Shown piece after piece: positions 1-7,720 of a stretch of 33,998 nt of DNA. The DNA lies in assembly GCA_001821795.1 (NCBI GenBank), contig MHOB01000023.1:1-33998 (forward strand). The letters are read 5' to 3'. This DNA comes from Candidatus Ryanbacteria bacterium RIFCSPLOWO2_12_FULL_47_9c. Lineage in GTDB: Bacteria; Patescibacteriota; Minisyncoccia; Ryanbacterales; GWA2-47-10b. The position numbers and the translations under genes were made by a program. Under the pieces are notes generated by a model. That model did no database searches. It saw nothing but the letters and a program-made list of their open reading frames with translations, and had not been told where the DNA came from. How positions within the stretch are numbered: position 1 is the stretch's first letter; each line of letters opens with the position of its first letter.

Positions 1-1
1 T

Positions 2-736
2 GTAACTAAAATCCGCGGTGCGTTGTTGTACCCCGCAGTTGTCCTTGTTGCCGCATTCTTGCTTGCGCTTGGACTTTCGTTTTTTGTGCTTCCCAAAATA
101 GTTCCTCTTTTTCAAGGTTTGCGCACGGAGTTGCCGCTGACGACTAGAGCCCTCATACGGTTTTCTAATTTTATCAGTGCGCACGGCGTATCAACGGCCG
201 TGGGGATTATTCTGGGCGCGTGTATTCTTGTATGGCTTGCAAAGCGCCCCGCAACAAGACCTTTTACCCATCTGATTATTCTCCGGGCGCCGATCACGGG
301 AACTATGGCACGGAATGCAAACATGACCCGTTTTAGCCGCACGCTTGGGATGCTTCTTCGAAGCGGAGTGAGTATTGATGAGGCGCTTACTATTACACAG
401 AAATCGCTCGGAAATTATTATTACCAGCAAGCGCTTGTTGCCGCTTCGATGCGAATTGTAAAAGGTGCAAGATTGTCTGAAAGTCTTGCGGACTATCCGC
501 ATCTTTTTCCCATGATTGCAACAAAGATGATTCGCGTGGGGGAAGAAGCGGGAAGGTTCGAGGAAACACTGCTGTACCTCGCGAGTTTTTACGAGGCAGA
601 AGTTGATGCATCGACAAGGACACTGTCAGTGGTACTCGAGCCCTTATTGCTTCTTCTGATTGGTCTCGTTGTAGGTGGGCTTGCGCTTGCGATTATCACT
701 CCGATTTATGAAATCACGGGAAACATCCGGTACTAG
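2..736 (+). CDS. pilC: Type IV pilus/T2SS inner-membrane platform protein (PilC/GspF family), C-terminal portion; the 5' end lies upstream of the window
   Basis: The frame is open from nt 2 (gta act aaa atc cgc ggt gcg), so the TTG at 23 in the ORF track is not the true start. The translation has T2SSF-domain hallmarks (KIRGALLYPAVVLVAAF, FVLPKIVPLF, MIRVGEEAGRFEETL) and hydrophobic TM stretches. It is directly followed by pilin genes. Confidence 0.9.
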   Translation, partial: VTKIRGALLYPAVVLVAAFLLALGLSFFVLPKIVPLFQGLRTELPLTTRALIRFSNFISAHGVSTAVGIILGACILVWLAKRPATRPFTHLIILRAPITGTMARNANMTRFSRTLGMLLRSGVSIDEALTITQKSLGNYYYQQALVAASMRIVKGARLSESLADYPHLFPMIATKMIRVGEEAGRFEETLLYLASFYEAEVDASTRTLSVVLEPLLLLLIGLVVGGLALAIITPIYEITGNIRY

Positions 737-1196
737 TGGCTTCACTCTCGTAGAATTGCTCATGACGATGGCGCTTCTCCTGATTTTGGGAGCAAGCGCT
801 GTTCCTCTTTATGGGAATTTATATACAGAAAGCCAGGTCGACGAGGTCGCAGATTTGATGGTACAAATGTTGCGTACGACGCGTGTCCGATCTCAAGCCG
901 GCCTTGATGATGCAACACACGGTTTCTATGTCGATGCGCGTAGCTATGTGCTTTATGAAGTCTCCGCGGGGGTGACTCCTGTTGAATATTCAAATCGTAA
1001 TGCGTCGTTTGACTTTGTTGTTTCCATGCCAAGCGCAATTACTCTTTCGACATCGATCCCGGCCGGTGATCTTATCTTTACGCGCCCTCGGGGCATTCCT
1101 TCCATTGCGGCTACCGAAACGATTACCATAACGCATGAATCGGGGGCTCGTCGCGATATTGAAATTAACAGTTTTGGCATAATATCTCTGCGATGA
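708..1196 (+). CDS. Prepilin-type minor pilin (FimT/GspH-like pseudopilin)
   Basis: N-terminus MKSRETSGTSG|FTLVELLMTMALLLIL is a class III (prepilin peptidase) signal with G-1, F+1 and E+5. I chose ATG 708 rather than the track start at 675. It overlaps the pilC stop by 29 nt. Confidence 0.8.
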   Translation: MKSRETSGTSGFTLVELLMTMALLLILGASAVPLYGNLYTESQVDEVADLMVQMLRTTRVRSQAGLDDATHGFYVDARSYVLYEVSAGVTPVEYSNRNASFDFVVSMPSAITLSTSIPAGDLIFTRPRGIPSIAATETITITHESGARRDIEINSFGIISLR

Positions 1197-3379
1197 AAAG
1201 AGGTCAGACGCTTTTTGAAGTCATCCTTGCGCTTGCGATTTTTTCCCTTATTGCGACGACCCTTGTGAGCATGGCGGCTGGTGGTGCGCGCGGGCTTGTT
1301 GGTGGAGGAGAAATCACCCAAGCGGACTCTCTTGCCGATGAAGGCATCGAAGCGGTGCGCGGGGTGCGCGATCGCGCATGGAATGGACTTCCTTCAGGCG
1401 CGAGCCAGGTTGTCTTCAATGCGGGAAGGTGGGAACTCAATGGAATTGGCGTTCCAGAAGTTATGGGAAAATTTTCGCGGCTTATTTCACTTGATGAGGT
1501 ATGCCGTACGAGTGCTGGCGCACTGACTTCTTGCCCCGGAGATTACGAGGATATTTACGTAAAAAAAATTGCATCGCGCGTTGAGTGGCAAAATCAATTC
1601 GGGCTTCCTAATGTTGCCGAGCGCACAACGTATCTTGCAAACTGGGATTCCCGAGATTGGGTTGAAGATTCTGTGGCGGATTTTACGGATGGCGATTTCG
1701 CCGATACTGCCCTACACCCATCGTTTGGGGATGGAGACGGATCGGTTACTCTTGCCCCCATACCGGTGCCGCCAAAATCAATGATTGTATATGCAAAGAG
1801 TTCAGGTGATCCAAAACCATATTTTCGCTTATGGGATGGTACTTCGTGGGGAGACGAACAGGAAGCTCCTCCGGTTGGTGCGCCCGGAGTTGGAATACGG
1901 TATATGGTTTTGAAGTTTGCGCGCACGCGCGACGAGGCGATATTGGGAACGATGGATTCGTCTGGGCGTATTCGTGTACAGACCTGGGATGGCTCGGTAT
2001 GGAGTTCGCCAATTTTTCTTGCAAGCGCGAGTGGTGAACGTGGATTTGATATAGAATACGAAACGACCAGCGACCGCGCGGTTGTCGTGTACAACAATCC
2101 TAGCATGCTAACCCCAGTAAGTTACCGTATTTGGGATGGATCGGCGTGGGTTTCTCAAGAGTCTATTTCTACAGTACTCGGTGGTGGGATATCATGGGTT
2201 GAACTTACCGCAAATCCTCTTTCCGGAAGCAATGAGATTGCTATGATGCTCATCGATTCAAGAGTGGATGTATACGGGATGGTATGGACGGGAAGCGTGT
2301 GGAGTAATATGGGTTCTTCGGCTGTGTGGGACGCGAATGCTTCAAATGCAACTACAAAAATATTTGATATTGCATACGAGCAAACAACGGGACGCGCGAT
2401 GTTTATGTGGGGGCGCGCCGCGACTGGCCAGCTTTATTACCGTGTATGGGATGGGGGCGCGCTTACCGTTCCTACACTTCTTTCTATCTCTGCGATGAAT
2501 GGCAGGTCGCGATGGCTTCGCCTTGCATCAGACTTTGCTGCTGGTTCAAACAAAATTATGATGGGGGTTCAGGGCGGTACCGGTGATTTGAATACGCGAC
2601 TATGGTCCGGCACTGCGTGGGACACTGTTGCCCAGCATCCGGAACACGACAATTCTGTTGAAGAAAATCAGTCGCGGAGTTTTGATATTGTTTTTGAAAC
2701 GCACCCGAGCAAGGTTGGACAGGCGATACTTGCGTGGGGCAATGGATCTACTGTTTCGCGAAAGTACTGGGATGATCTGACCTCGACATGGAGTGTGCCT
2801 ACGACGAGTGGCGATGATACATCGTTTGTTACGCTTGCAGCAAATTCAATAAATGGCGATGTTTTTCTCGGCATATACCAAGATTCAACATCGGCGACAG
2901 ACGACATTTTGGAAGAACATCTTACCGGTGGAAGTTCTCTGTGGAGCTTTGATGCAACTTTGTGGGGTGGGCCCACTCTTTCTGGAGCGGCTTTGGAACG
3001 TATTGTCATTGCGTCCGGAAAATTCAGTACATCACAAACATACCAATTTTCCGGCACTTATATTTCAAATGCATTCGACGCAGAAGCAACCCGCGCATTT
3101 AATGGTATTCAATGGAAAGAGAGCAAAACGAATCCTGCTTGCGGCGCATGTACAGTCCGTCTCCAGATTCAGACATCCGCCGACGGATTAAGTTGGCCGC
3201 CCACGTGGTCGGGTCCTCTTGGAAACAATGGAGATGAAATTGATTTTTTTATTATACCGACGGGCACACTTATTCATACCGACCACAACGGCGATCGGTG
3301 GGTACGATATCGCGCGACGCTTGAAGGCGATGGGTCAGAGACGCCCATTCTTGAGGAGATCAGAATTAATTACCGATAA
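1193..3379 (+). CDS. Giant pilin-like protein (728 aa): prepilin N-terminus, pseudopilin-like head, about 400 aa of W-D-G-x-x-W repeats, and a C-terminal beta-rich domain; putative pilus tip adhesin
   Basis: MKRG|QTLFEVILALAIF is a class III signal with E+5. The start overlaps the previous stop as ATGA at 1193-1196. Eight spaced tryptophan motifs occur: RLWDGTSW, QTWDGSVW, RIWDGSAW, MVWTGSVW, RVWDGGAL, RLWSGTAW, KYWDDLTSTW, SSLWSFDATLW. Confidence 0.8.
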   Translation: MKRGQTLFEVILALAIFSLIATTLVSMAAGGARGLVGGGEITQADSLADEGIEAVRGVRDRAWNGLPSGASQVVFNAGRWELNGIGVPEVMGKFSRLISLDEVCRTSAGALTSCPGDYEDIYVKKIASRVEWQNQFGLPNVAERTTYLANWDSRDWVEDSVADFTDGDFADTALHPSFGDGDGSVTLAPIPVPPKSMIVYAKSSGDPKPYFRLWDGTSWGDEQEAPPVGAPGVGIRYMVLKFARTRDEAILGTMDSSGRIRVQTWDGSVWSSPIFLASASGERGFDIEYETTSDRAVVVYNNPSMLTPVSYRIWDGSAWVSQESISTVLGGGISWVELTANPLSGSNEIAMMLIDSRVDVYGMVWTGSVWSNMGSSAVWDANASNATTKIFDIAYEQTTGRAMFMWGRAATGQLYYRVWDGGALTVPTLLSISAMNGRSRWLRLASDFAAGSNKIMMGVQGGTGDLNTRLWSGTAWDTVAQHPEHDNSVEENQSRSFDIVFETHPSKVGQAILAWGNGSTVSRKYWDDLTSTWSVPTTSGDDTSFVTLAANSINGDVFLGIYQDSTSATDDILEEHLTGGSSLWSFDATLWGGPTLSGAALERIVIASGKFSTSQTYQFSGTYISNAFDAEATRAFNGIQWKESKTNPACGACTVRLQIQTSADGLSWPPTWSGPLGNNGDEIDFFIIPTGTLIHTDHNGDRWVRYRATLEGDGSETPILEEIRINYR

Positions 3380-3380
3380 T

Positions 3381-3869
3381 ATGCGCGCCGGCTTCACCCT
3401 TATCGAAATAATCATCTATATTGCAATCCTTGGGCTTATCGCGACGAGTCTGGTCACCTATAGCGTAAGCGTATCTTTATCGCGCAGGGGTTTTTCTGTA
3501 GTGCGGGAGGTCCAAGAGAATGCCCGAGTAGTTATGGGCGGCATCACGCGCGCCATTCGTTTTGCGGAATCTGTTAACAGCGGCGCTTCCGTGTTTGATT
3601 CAGATAACGGTATTCTTGAGCTTACACTCACGGATGTTGCGGAAAGCCCCACTCGATTTTTCCGTGATCCGGAAGGGCGGGTTTTTATACAGCGGGGTGC
3701 CCTGGCGCCCGAGCAGATGACAAGCGCCCAGGTGGAGGTTACTCGATTGCGTTTCAGTGATTATGATGGTGTTGTGCGTATAGAAATCACCGTGCGTCAC
3801 AAGGGCGGGGGGAGCGGGGGATATAGTTACGAGTATGTTCTTACCGGTTCTGCGGATTTACGCTTATGA
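3381..3869 (+). CDS. Prepilin-type minor pilin (PilW/GspJ-like)
   Basis: MRAG|FTLIEIIIYIAILGLIATSLV is a class III signal with E+5. ATG 3381 lies 2 nt after the preceding stop. The track ORF (3219) has an upstream extension that overlaps the preceding gene, so I trimmed it. Confidence 0.8.
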   Translation: MRAGFTLIEIIIYIAILGLIATSLVTYSVSVSLSRRGFSVVREVQENARVVMGGITRAIRFAESVNSGASVFDSDNGILELTLTDVAESPTRFFRDPEGRVFIQRGALAPEQMTSAQVEVTRLRFSDYDGVVRIEITVRHKGGGSGGYSYEYVLTGSADLRL

Positions 3870-4246
3870 ATACGCGTAAAAGTGGCGTTGCGGCGTTGCT
3901 TGTGGTTGTAGTATTAGGTGCTACAGCGCTTCTCATGACATTGGGAGCGACATTTCTTGGTTTAGGTGAGATTGATCAGGCGTTTACTCTCTCTCTGGGC
4001 GCGCGCGCTCGTTCGGTTGCTGAAGGTTGCGCAGAATACGCGCTTGAACAACTTCGTGAGAACCCTGCTTATACTGGCGGCGATCTGCCCACTTTTACTG
4101 ATGGGTCATGTACGGTTTCGGTAAATCTCGACGGGCCGTTTCATGTTATTATTTCAAGAGGGCGGCACGGTATGTATTATAATACTTTGAATGTGCGGGT
4201 TGATCTTTCAGGAGAAACCGTGCAGCTTGTTGAGTTGAGTGAGTAA
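3866..4246 (+). CDS. PilX/GspK-like minor pilus component (hydrophobic N-terminal anchor, no E+5)
   Basis: MNTRKSG|VAALLVVVVLGATALLMTLG resembles the PilX N-terminal segment. It has an ATGA stop/start overlap with the upstream pilin gene and sits within the pilin operon. Confidence 0.6.
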   Translation: MNTRKSGVAALLVVVVLGATALLMTLGATFLGLGEIDQAFTLSLGARARSVAEGCAEYALEQLRENPAYTGGDLPTFTDGSCTVSVNLDGPFHVIISRGRHGMYYNTLNVRVDLSGETVQLVELSE

Positions 4247-4251
4247 AATGT

Positions 4252-5229
4252 ATGGTTCATTTTTTTCAGAAAAAAACTGTTGGCGTGAGCATCTCCGATA
4301 ACGCGATAGAAGTTGTAGAACTTGTCCATGATGGCGCGTTCAAGATTTCATCGCGCGGGCGTGTTGAGCTCGAAACCGGTGTGATTGTAAAGGGAAGAAT
4401 CTCAGATTCTTTAAAACTCACGGCTTCGTTTCGCGAGCTTTTTCGGAACGTAGAATTCCCTCATGAGATCATCTGCGGCTTGCCGGAGGCGCAGACGTTC
4501 CTCTCTATATATGAGTCGGAAGATATGAGCAAGGAAAGCATCACGCGCGCCGTGTATCAGAATATTCCTCTTGAGAAGGAAAATATTATTTTTTCATATG
4601 CAGTTGGACGCGATGAGAAAGAAAAAAAGAGAGTGCTTGTGATTGCCGCAAGCCGCGTGGTACTTTCCGAATGGAATAACTTTTTTATTTCTCTTGGTAT
4701 TGAAGTTAAATTTTTTGATTCTGAAGCGCTTGCGATCGTACGGAACGTTTTTTCATCTCGTCCTAAAGATCCCGCGTGTATCGTGAGAAGCGATGCTTTT
4801 CTCACGATGATTTTGGTGTGTGATGAATATGGCCTCGCATACGCTTATTCGCTTCGTACCACAGGCGATACGACAATGATTGTTCGCGAAATTCGAGGCG
4901 CTTTTGATTATTATCGGCATCGCGAACAGAAAGACATTCATGCCCTTGTGCTCGTTGGCAGTTTATCTCGGACCTCGGGCTTTAAAGATTATATGGAAAA
5001 AAATATGGGGATTCCGGCAAAGAGCGACCTTCCCGAAACTGTCGATCTCGCGGCGCTTGGTATTGCAATGCGGGGTTTTGAGGAAGGGGATCCTGTATTA
5101 ACGATAGAGGGAGCCGCACGGCACCATTCGCAGAAGATGCCGCTTGCGGGGTTAGTTGCTATTGCCACGTTGTCGGTGGCAATTGTGCTGGTGACTGTTC
5201 TGATTATATGGGCGTTGGTTCTTTGGTGA
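4252..5229 (+). CDS. pilM: PilM-like (actin/HSP70-fold) pilus assembly protein with a C-terminal transmembrane anchor
   Basis: N-terminus KKTVGVSISDNAIEVVEL matches the PilM-type phosphate-1 strand pattern. It is 325 aa long and ends in a TM helix (LAGLVAIATLSVAIVLVTVLIIWALVLW). It sits between the minor and major pilin genes. Confidence 0.65.
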   Translation: MVHFFQKKTVGVSISDNAIEVVELVHDGAFKISSRGRVELETGVIVKGRISDSLKLTASFRELFRNVEFPHEIICGLPEAQTFLSIYESEDMSKESITRAVYQNIPLEKENIIFSYAVGRDEKEKKRVLVIAASRVVLSEWNNFFISLGIEVKFFDSEALAIVRNVFSSRPKDPACIVRSDAFLTMILVCDEYGLAYAYSLRTTGDTTMIVREIRGAFDYYRHREQKDIHALVLVGSLSRTSGFKDYMEKNMGIPAKSDLPETVDLAALGIAMRGFEEGDPVLTIEGAARHHSQKMPLAGLVAIATLSVAIVLVTVLIIWALVLW

Positions 5230-5312
5230 GTTGTGGATAACCGCATGCACGTCTTGGTGTTTTCCAATATAATGGAATAAGCAAGTGGAGTTTTAATGAT
5301 AATAATATCACC

Positions 5313-5837
5313 ATGAAAAGAGAAAAAAATACGATGCGCGGCTTTACTCTCATTGAGCTTCTCATTGTCATCGGTCTTATCGCGATCCTTGCGGGGGTTG
5401 TTTTTGTGGCGCTTGATCCCCTCACGCGATTTGCCGCCGCGCGAAACTCACGCCGCGCCGCGGATGTTTCTTCGATTCTAAGCGCGATCCGCGTGCATCA
5501 GGTTGATAACGGCGGAAATTATCATGCCAATATCGCTGGCCTCACTGACGATACGTTTTACATGATCGGCACCGCGTCGGGAAATCCCGGTTGCCAGAAC
5601 GAGCCGGCCGGCAATATGCCCGTGTGCGCAACACAGGCAATTTTAGACAGCAATTGTGTTGATATTGTTCCGCTTTCAACTCTTGGTTATCTCGGTGTTG
5701 TTCCGCAGAGTCCCAATGGTTCCAAGTCATGGAGTCAAGCCAACACGGGTTACTATATGAGTAGGAACGCGAATAATTCTGTAACGGTTGGAGCATGTGA
5801 AGACGAGGGTCTTGGTGCGATTAAAATAACGCGATGA
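5313..5837 (+). CDS. Type IV pilin, probable major subunit
   Basis: MKREKNTMRG|FTLIELLIVIGLIAILAGVVFVAL is a canonical prepilin N-methylation motif with E+5. The globular part contains Cys pairs. It is the last gene of the cluster and is followed by a strong terminator. An alternative start is ATG 5334. Confidence 0.85.
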   Translation: MKREKNTMRGFTLIELLIVIGLIAILAGVVFVALDPLTRFAAARNSRRAADVSSILSAIRVHQVDNGGNYHANIAGLTDDTFYMIGTASGNPGCQNEPAGNMPVCATQAILDSNCVDIVPLSTLGYLGVVPQSPNGSKSWSQANTGYYMSRNANNSVTVGACEDEGLGAIKITR

Positions 5838-5842
5838 AGTAT

Positions 5843-5875
5843 AAAAAAAACTCCGCCGCTGGCGGAGTTTTTTTT
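5843..5875 (+). terminator. Rho-independent terminator after the pilin gene (bidirectional-looking)
   Basis: A8 run, then stem CTCCGCC (5851-5857), loop GCT, stem GGCGGAG (5861-5867), then T8 run. Confidence 0.85.
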
Positions 5876-5880
5876 GTGGG

Positions 5881-5908
5881 TTGAAAAAATATTATAAATA
5901 TCTATACT
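5881..5908 (+). promoter_or_regulatory. Putative sigma70-type promoter for pyrH
   Basis: TTGAAA (5881-5886), 16 nt spacer, TATACT (5903-5908). A strong SD (GGGGAGG) lies upstream of ATG 5946. Confidence 0.45.
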
Positions 5909-5945
5909 TTCTAGGAATGTGTACGCAGACAAAGGGGAGGATTAG

Positions 5946-6668
5946 ATGACTCACCGTAGTGTTATACTCAAGCTTTCTGGTCGGGCGTTCGGCGGCGGGG
6001 AGAAAAGCCCGTTCGACGCTCCGATGATCCGCGGTGTTGCATCGCAGATTGCGGAGGTGCGGAAGACCATGCCGACCCTGCGCATCAGCGTCGTGGTAGG
6101 CGGCGGGAACATCGTGCGCGGGCGCGATCTTGTGCCCGGCGGCATTTCTAACAGCGCCGCTGACTTTGCTGGCATGCTCGCCTCGGCGGCAAATGCCGTC
6201 TGCCTACAGAACGTGTTAGCGAACAGCTTCCATGTATCTGCAAAGCTGGCAATGCCGTTTGGACTTGGCGAGGCCGGCGGACAATTTGTCCAACCGGAAG
6301 CACAGAATGAGCTTGACAGCGGCGTGATCTTTGTCTTCGGCGGCGGGATTGGCCATCCCGGTTTTACCACCGACACGGCGGCGATCTACCGCGCGCGAGA
6401 CGTAGGCGCGGCGCTTGTTCTGAAAGGAACGGACGTCGATGGCATCTACGACCGCGATCCCAAGGAGCAGGAGGGAGAGCTTCTTCCTCGGGTGTCCTAC
6501 AAGGATTACTTGGCTCTTGACCTTGGCATCATGGATAAGACCGCGGTGACTTTGGCCGAGCAGCACGGCATCACGATCCGCGTGTTCAACGCATTTGAGC
6601 CCGACAACATCGCCCGCGCCCTGAAGGGTGAGAAAATCGGGTCCATCATCTCAAACAACCCTGCCTAA
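5946..6668 (+). CDS. pyrH: UMP kinase
   Basis: Amino-acid-kinase fold motifs are present: ILKLSGRAFGG, VVVGGGNIVRG, GGGIGHPGFTTDTAAIYRA, LKGTDVDGIYDRDP. It is 240 aa long and has a strong SD. Confidence 0.9.
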   Translation: MTHRSVILKLSGRAFGGGEKSPFDAPMIRGVASQIAEVRKTMPTLRISVVVGGGNIVRGRDLVPGGISNSAADFAGMLASAANAVCLQNVLANSFHVSAKLAMPFGLGEAGGQFVQPEAQNELDSGVIFVFGGGIGHPGFTTDTAAIYRARDVGAALVLKGTDVDGIYDRDPKEQEGELLPRVSYKDYLALDLGIMDKTAVTLAEQHGITIRVFNAFEPDNIARALKGEKIGSIISNNPA

Positions 6669-6690
6669 CGGTGGGGGGTTTTATTTTTTG
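6659..6690 (+). terminator. Putative intrinsic terminator of pyrH
   Basis: Stem CCCTGCC (6659-6665) pairs with GGTGGGG (6670-6676) with two G-U pairs. The loop TAAC contains the stop codon. It is followed by GGTTTTATTTTTTG. Confidence 0.5.
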
Positions 6691-6708
6691 TGGTGTATAT
6701 TTGAATAT

Positions 6709-6747
6709 AAAAAAGAAAGGAGGCGCCGGAACGAAGTCCAACGCCTC
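6709..6747 (-). terminator. Putative intrinsic terminator of the minus-strand 2H phosphoesterase gene
   Basis: The minus-strand RNA reads GAGGCG-uu-GGA-cuucgu-UCC-gg-CGCCUC, followed by CUUUCUUUUUU. It lies 12 nt downstream of the stop. Confidence 0.45.
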
Positions 6748-6758
6748 AATAGGAAGCT

Positions 6759-7292
6759 TCAGGATATACGGAAAGGAAAGGTTTCAACTCGATACCATTC
6801 TTCGATCGCTCCCTCGGTGTACCACAACTCGGTACGTTGTGCGACGAAGTGCGTTCCTGCAATTGCGCATCCTTGTGCAACGACCCGCTGCAGGGTGACG
6901 ACTTGTTCGTTCGAGAGGTCACCGTACGCGAGACTGAGGTGGGGGAAGTAATCTCCTTTGTCCACCCCGAACACTTTTTGCGCAAGAGCATTCGCATTCA
7001 GTACCGAATGGGTCTGGTCGATCTTAGAGAACAGGATCTGGAAGTAGGTCCCGTTAGAACCGACCTCACCGAGTTTGATCTCGTAAGGTGAAAGTTCTCC
7101 AGCCAACACTCGAGTTTTTTCACATACATCCTGCTCTCCACCCTCGACGCCACCAAGAAGGGTCACGTGCGGACCGAATACTGACGTTCGATACTGTGCC
7201 GCCGTGTTGCGGATGAGTTGATCTAGAAACACATACGTCTCGGTATCTCGTTCGGGAACGAGCCACAGAGAGTACCCTGTTGCTTTCGACAT
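6759..7292 (-). CDS. 2H-superfamily cyclic phosphodiesterase (plant CPDase-like)
   Basis: Two H-x-T/S-x motifs are present (GPHVTLLGG and FPHLSLAYGD). The N-terminal YSLWLVPE and the central TYFQILF closely mirror the Arabidopsis-type CPDase pattern (YSVWALP, PHVTV, PHLSLLY). SD GGAGG lies 5 nt upstream of the ATG. Confidence 0.8.
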   Translation of the reverse strand: MSKATGYSLWLVPERDTETYVFLDQLIRNTAAQYRTSVFGPHVTLLGGVEGGEQDVCEKTRVLAGELSPYEIKLGEVGSNGTYFQILFSKIDQTHSVLNANALAQKVFGVDKGDYFPHLSLAYGDLSNEQVVTLQRVVAQGCAIAGTHFVAQRTELWYTEGAIEEWYRVETFPFRIS

Positions 7293-7420
7293 TTTCGCCT
7301 CCGTTTTTTTTGGTAGTTATAGTTAAGGTCCCAAGTTCAGTCCTAATATTATATGTCTATTTATCAAAAATCAATAGCGGCGTTTTGCTGCTTATTGAAA
7401 AAATTTCTTTTGTTTAATCT

Positions 7421-7497
7421 TGGCGGGGTGGACGGGACTCGAACCCGCGACCTTCCGCGTGACAGGCGGACGCTCTAACCAGCTGAGCTACCACCCC
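7421..7497 (-). tRNA. tRNA-Asp (anticodon GTC), CCA encoded
   Basis: Reverse complement: GGGGTGG TA GCTC AGCTGGTTA GAGC G TCCGC CTGTCAC GCGGA AGGTC GCGGG TTCGAGT CCCGT CCACCCC G CCA. This folds as a full cloverleaf of 77 nt. Confidence 0.95.
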
Positions 7498-7527
7498 AAA
7501 ATTGGGGGCGTACAATATTCAGTTGTG

Positions 7528-7600
7528 TGCCGGCAGCAGGGATCGAACCTGCGGCCTAACGCTTATGAAGCGCTCGCTCTAACCACTGAGCTATGCCGGC
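7528..7600 (-). tRNA. tRNA with CAT anticodon (elongator Met, or an Ile2 lysidine-type); CCA not encoded
   Basis: Reverse complement: GCCGGCA TA GCTC AGTGGTTA GAGC G AGCGC TTCATAA GCGTT AGGCC GCAGG TTCGATC CCTGC TGCCGGC A. It is not an initiator, because 1:72 is a G:C pair and the anticodon stem lacks the GGG/CCC run. Confidence 0.9.
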
Positions 7601-7622
7601 ACCGCGGTGACTTTACTAGAAT

Positions 7623-7651
7623 AGAATACAAGAAATCCTTGTTCTCTGCAA
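7623..7651 (-). promoter_or_regulatory. Putative promoter for the tRNA-Met/tRNA-Asp transcript
   Basis: On the minus strand: TTGCAG (7651-7646), 17 nt spacer, TATTCT (7628-7623). This is about 20 nt upstream of the tRNA-Met 5' end. Confidence 0.35.
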
Positions 7652-7683
7652 TATTTTTATTATATGATTCCGTCTAAAATTCC

Positions 7684-7712
7684 TTGTTTTGGAACGCTAT
7701 CCGCGCTATAAT
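7684..7712 (+). promoter_or_regulatory. Putative pheS promoter giving a leaderless or near-leaderless mRNA
   Basis: TTGTTT (7684-7689), 17 nt spacer, TATAAT (7707-7712), then only 8 nt to ATG 7721. No SD is present. Confidence 0.4.
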
Positions 7713-7720
7713 AGCTCTAC

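Noticed and set aside
1561-1568. A8 homopolymer inside the giant pilin gene (also A7/T7 runs at 4259-4275 in pilM and 5324-5330 in the pilin gene) as possible phase-variation tracts
   Set aside because: Equivalent A8 runs occur at the start of rpoB and in other essential genes. They simply reflect AAA Lys codon usage, and the tracts are short for slipped-strand switching.
7420-7677. 85-aa + strand ORF in the track
   Set aside because: It lies entirely across the two minus-strand tRNA genes and their spacer. It is an artefact of structured, stop-poor tRNA sequence.
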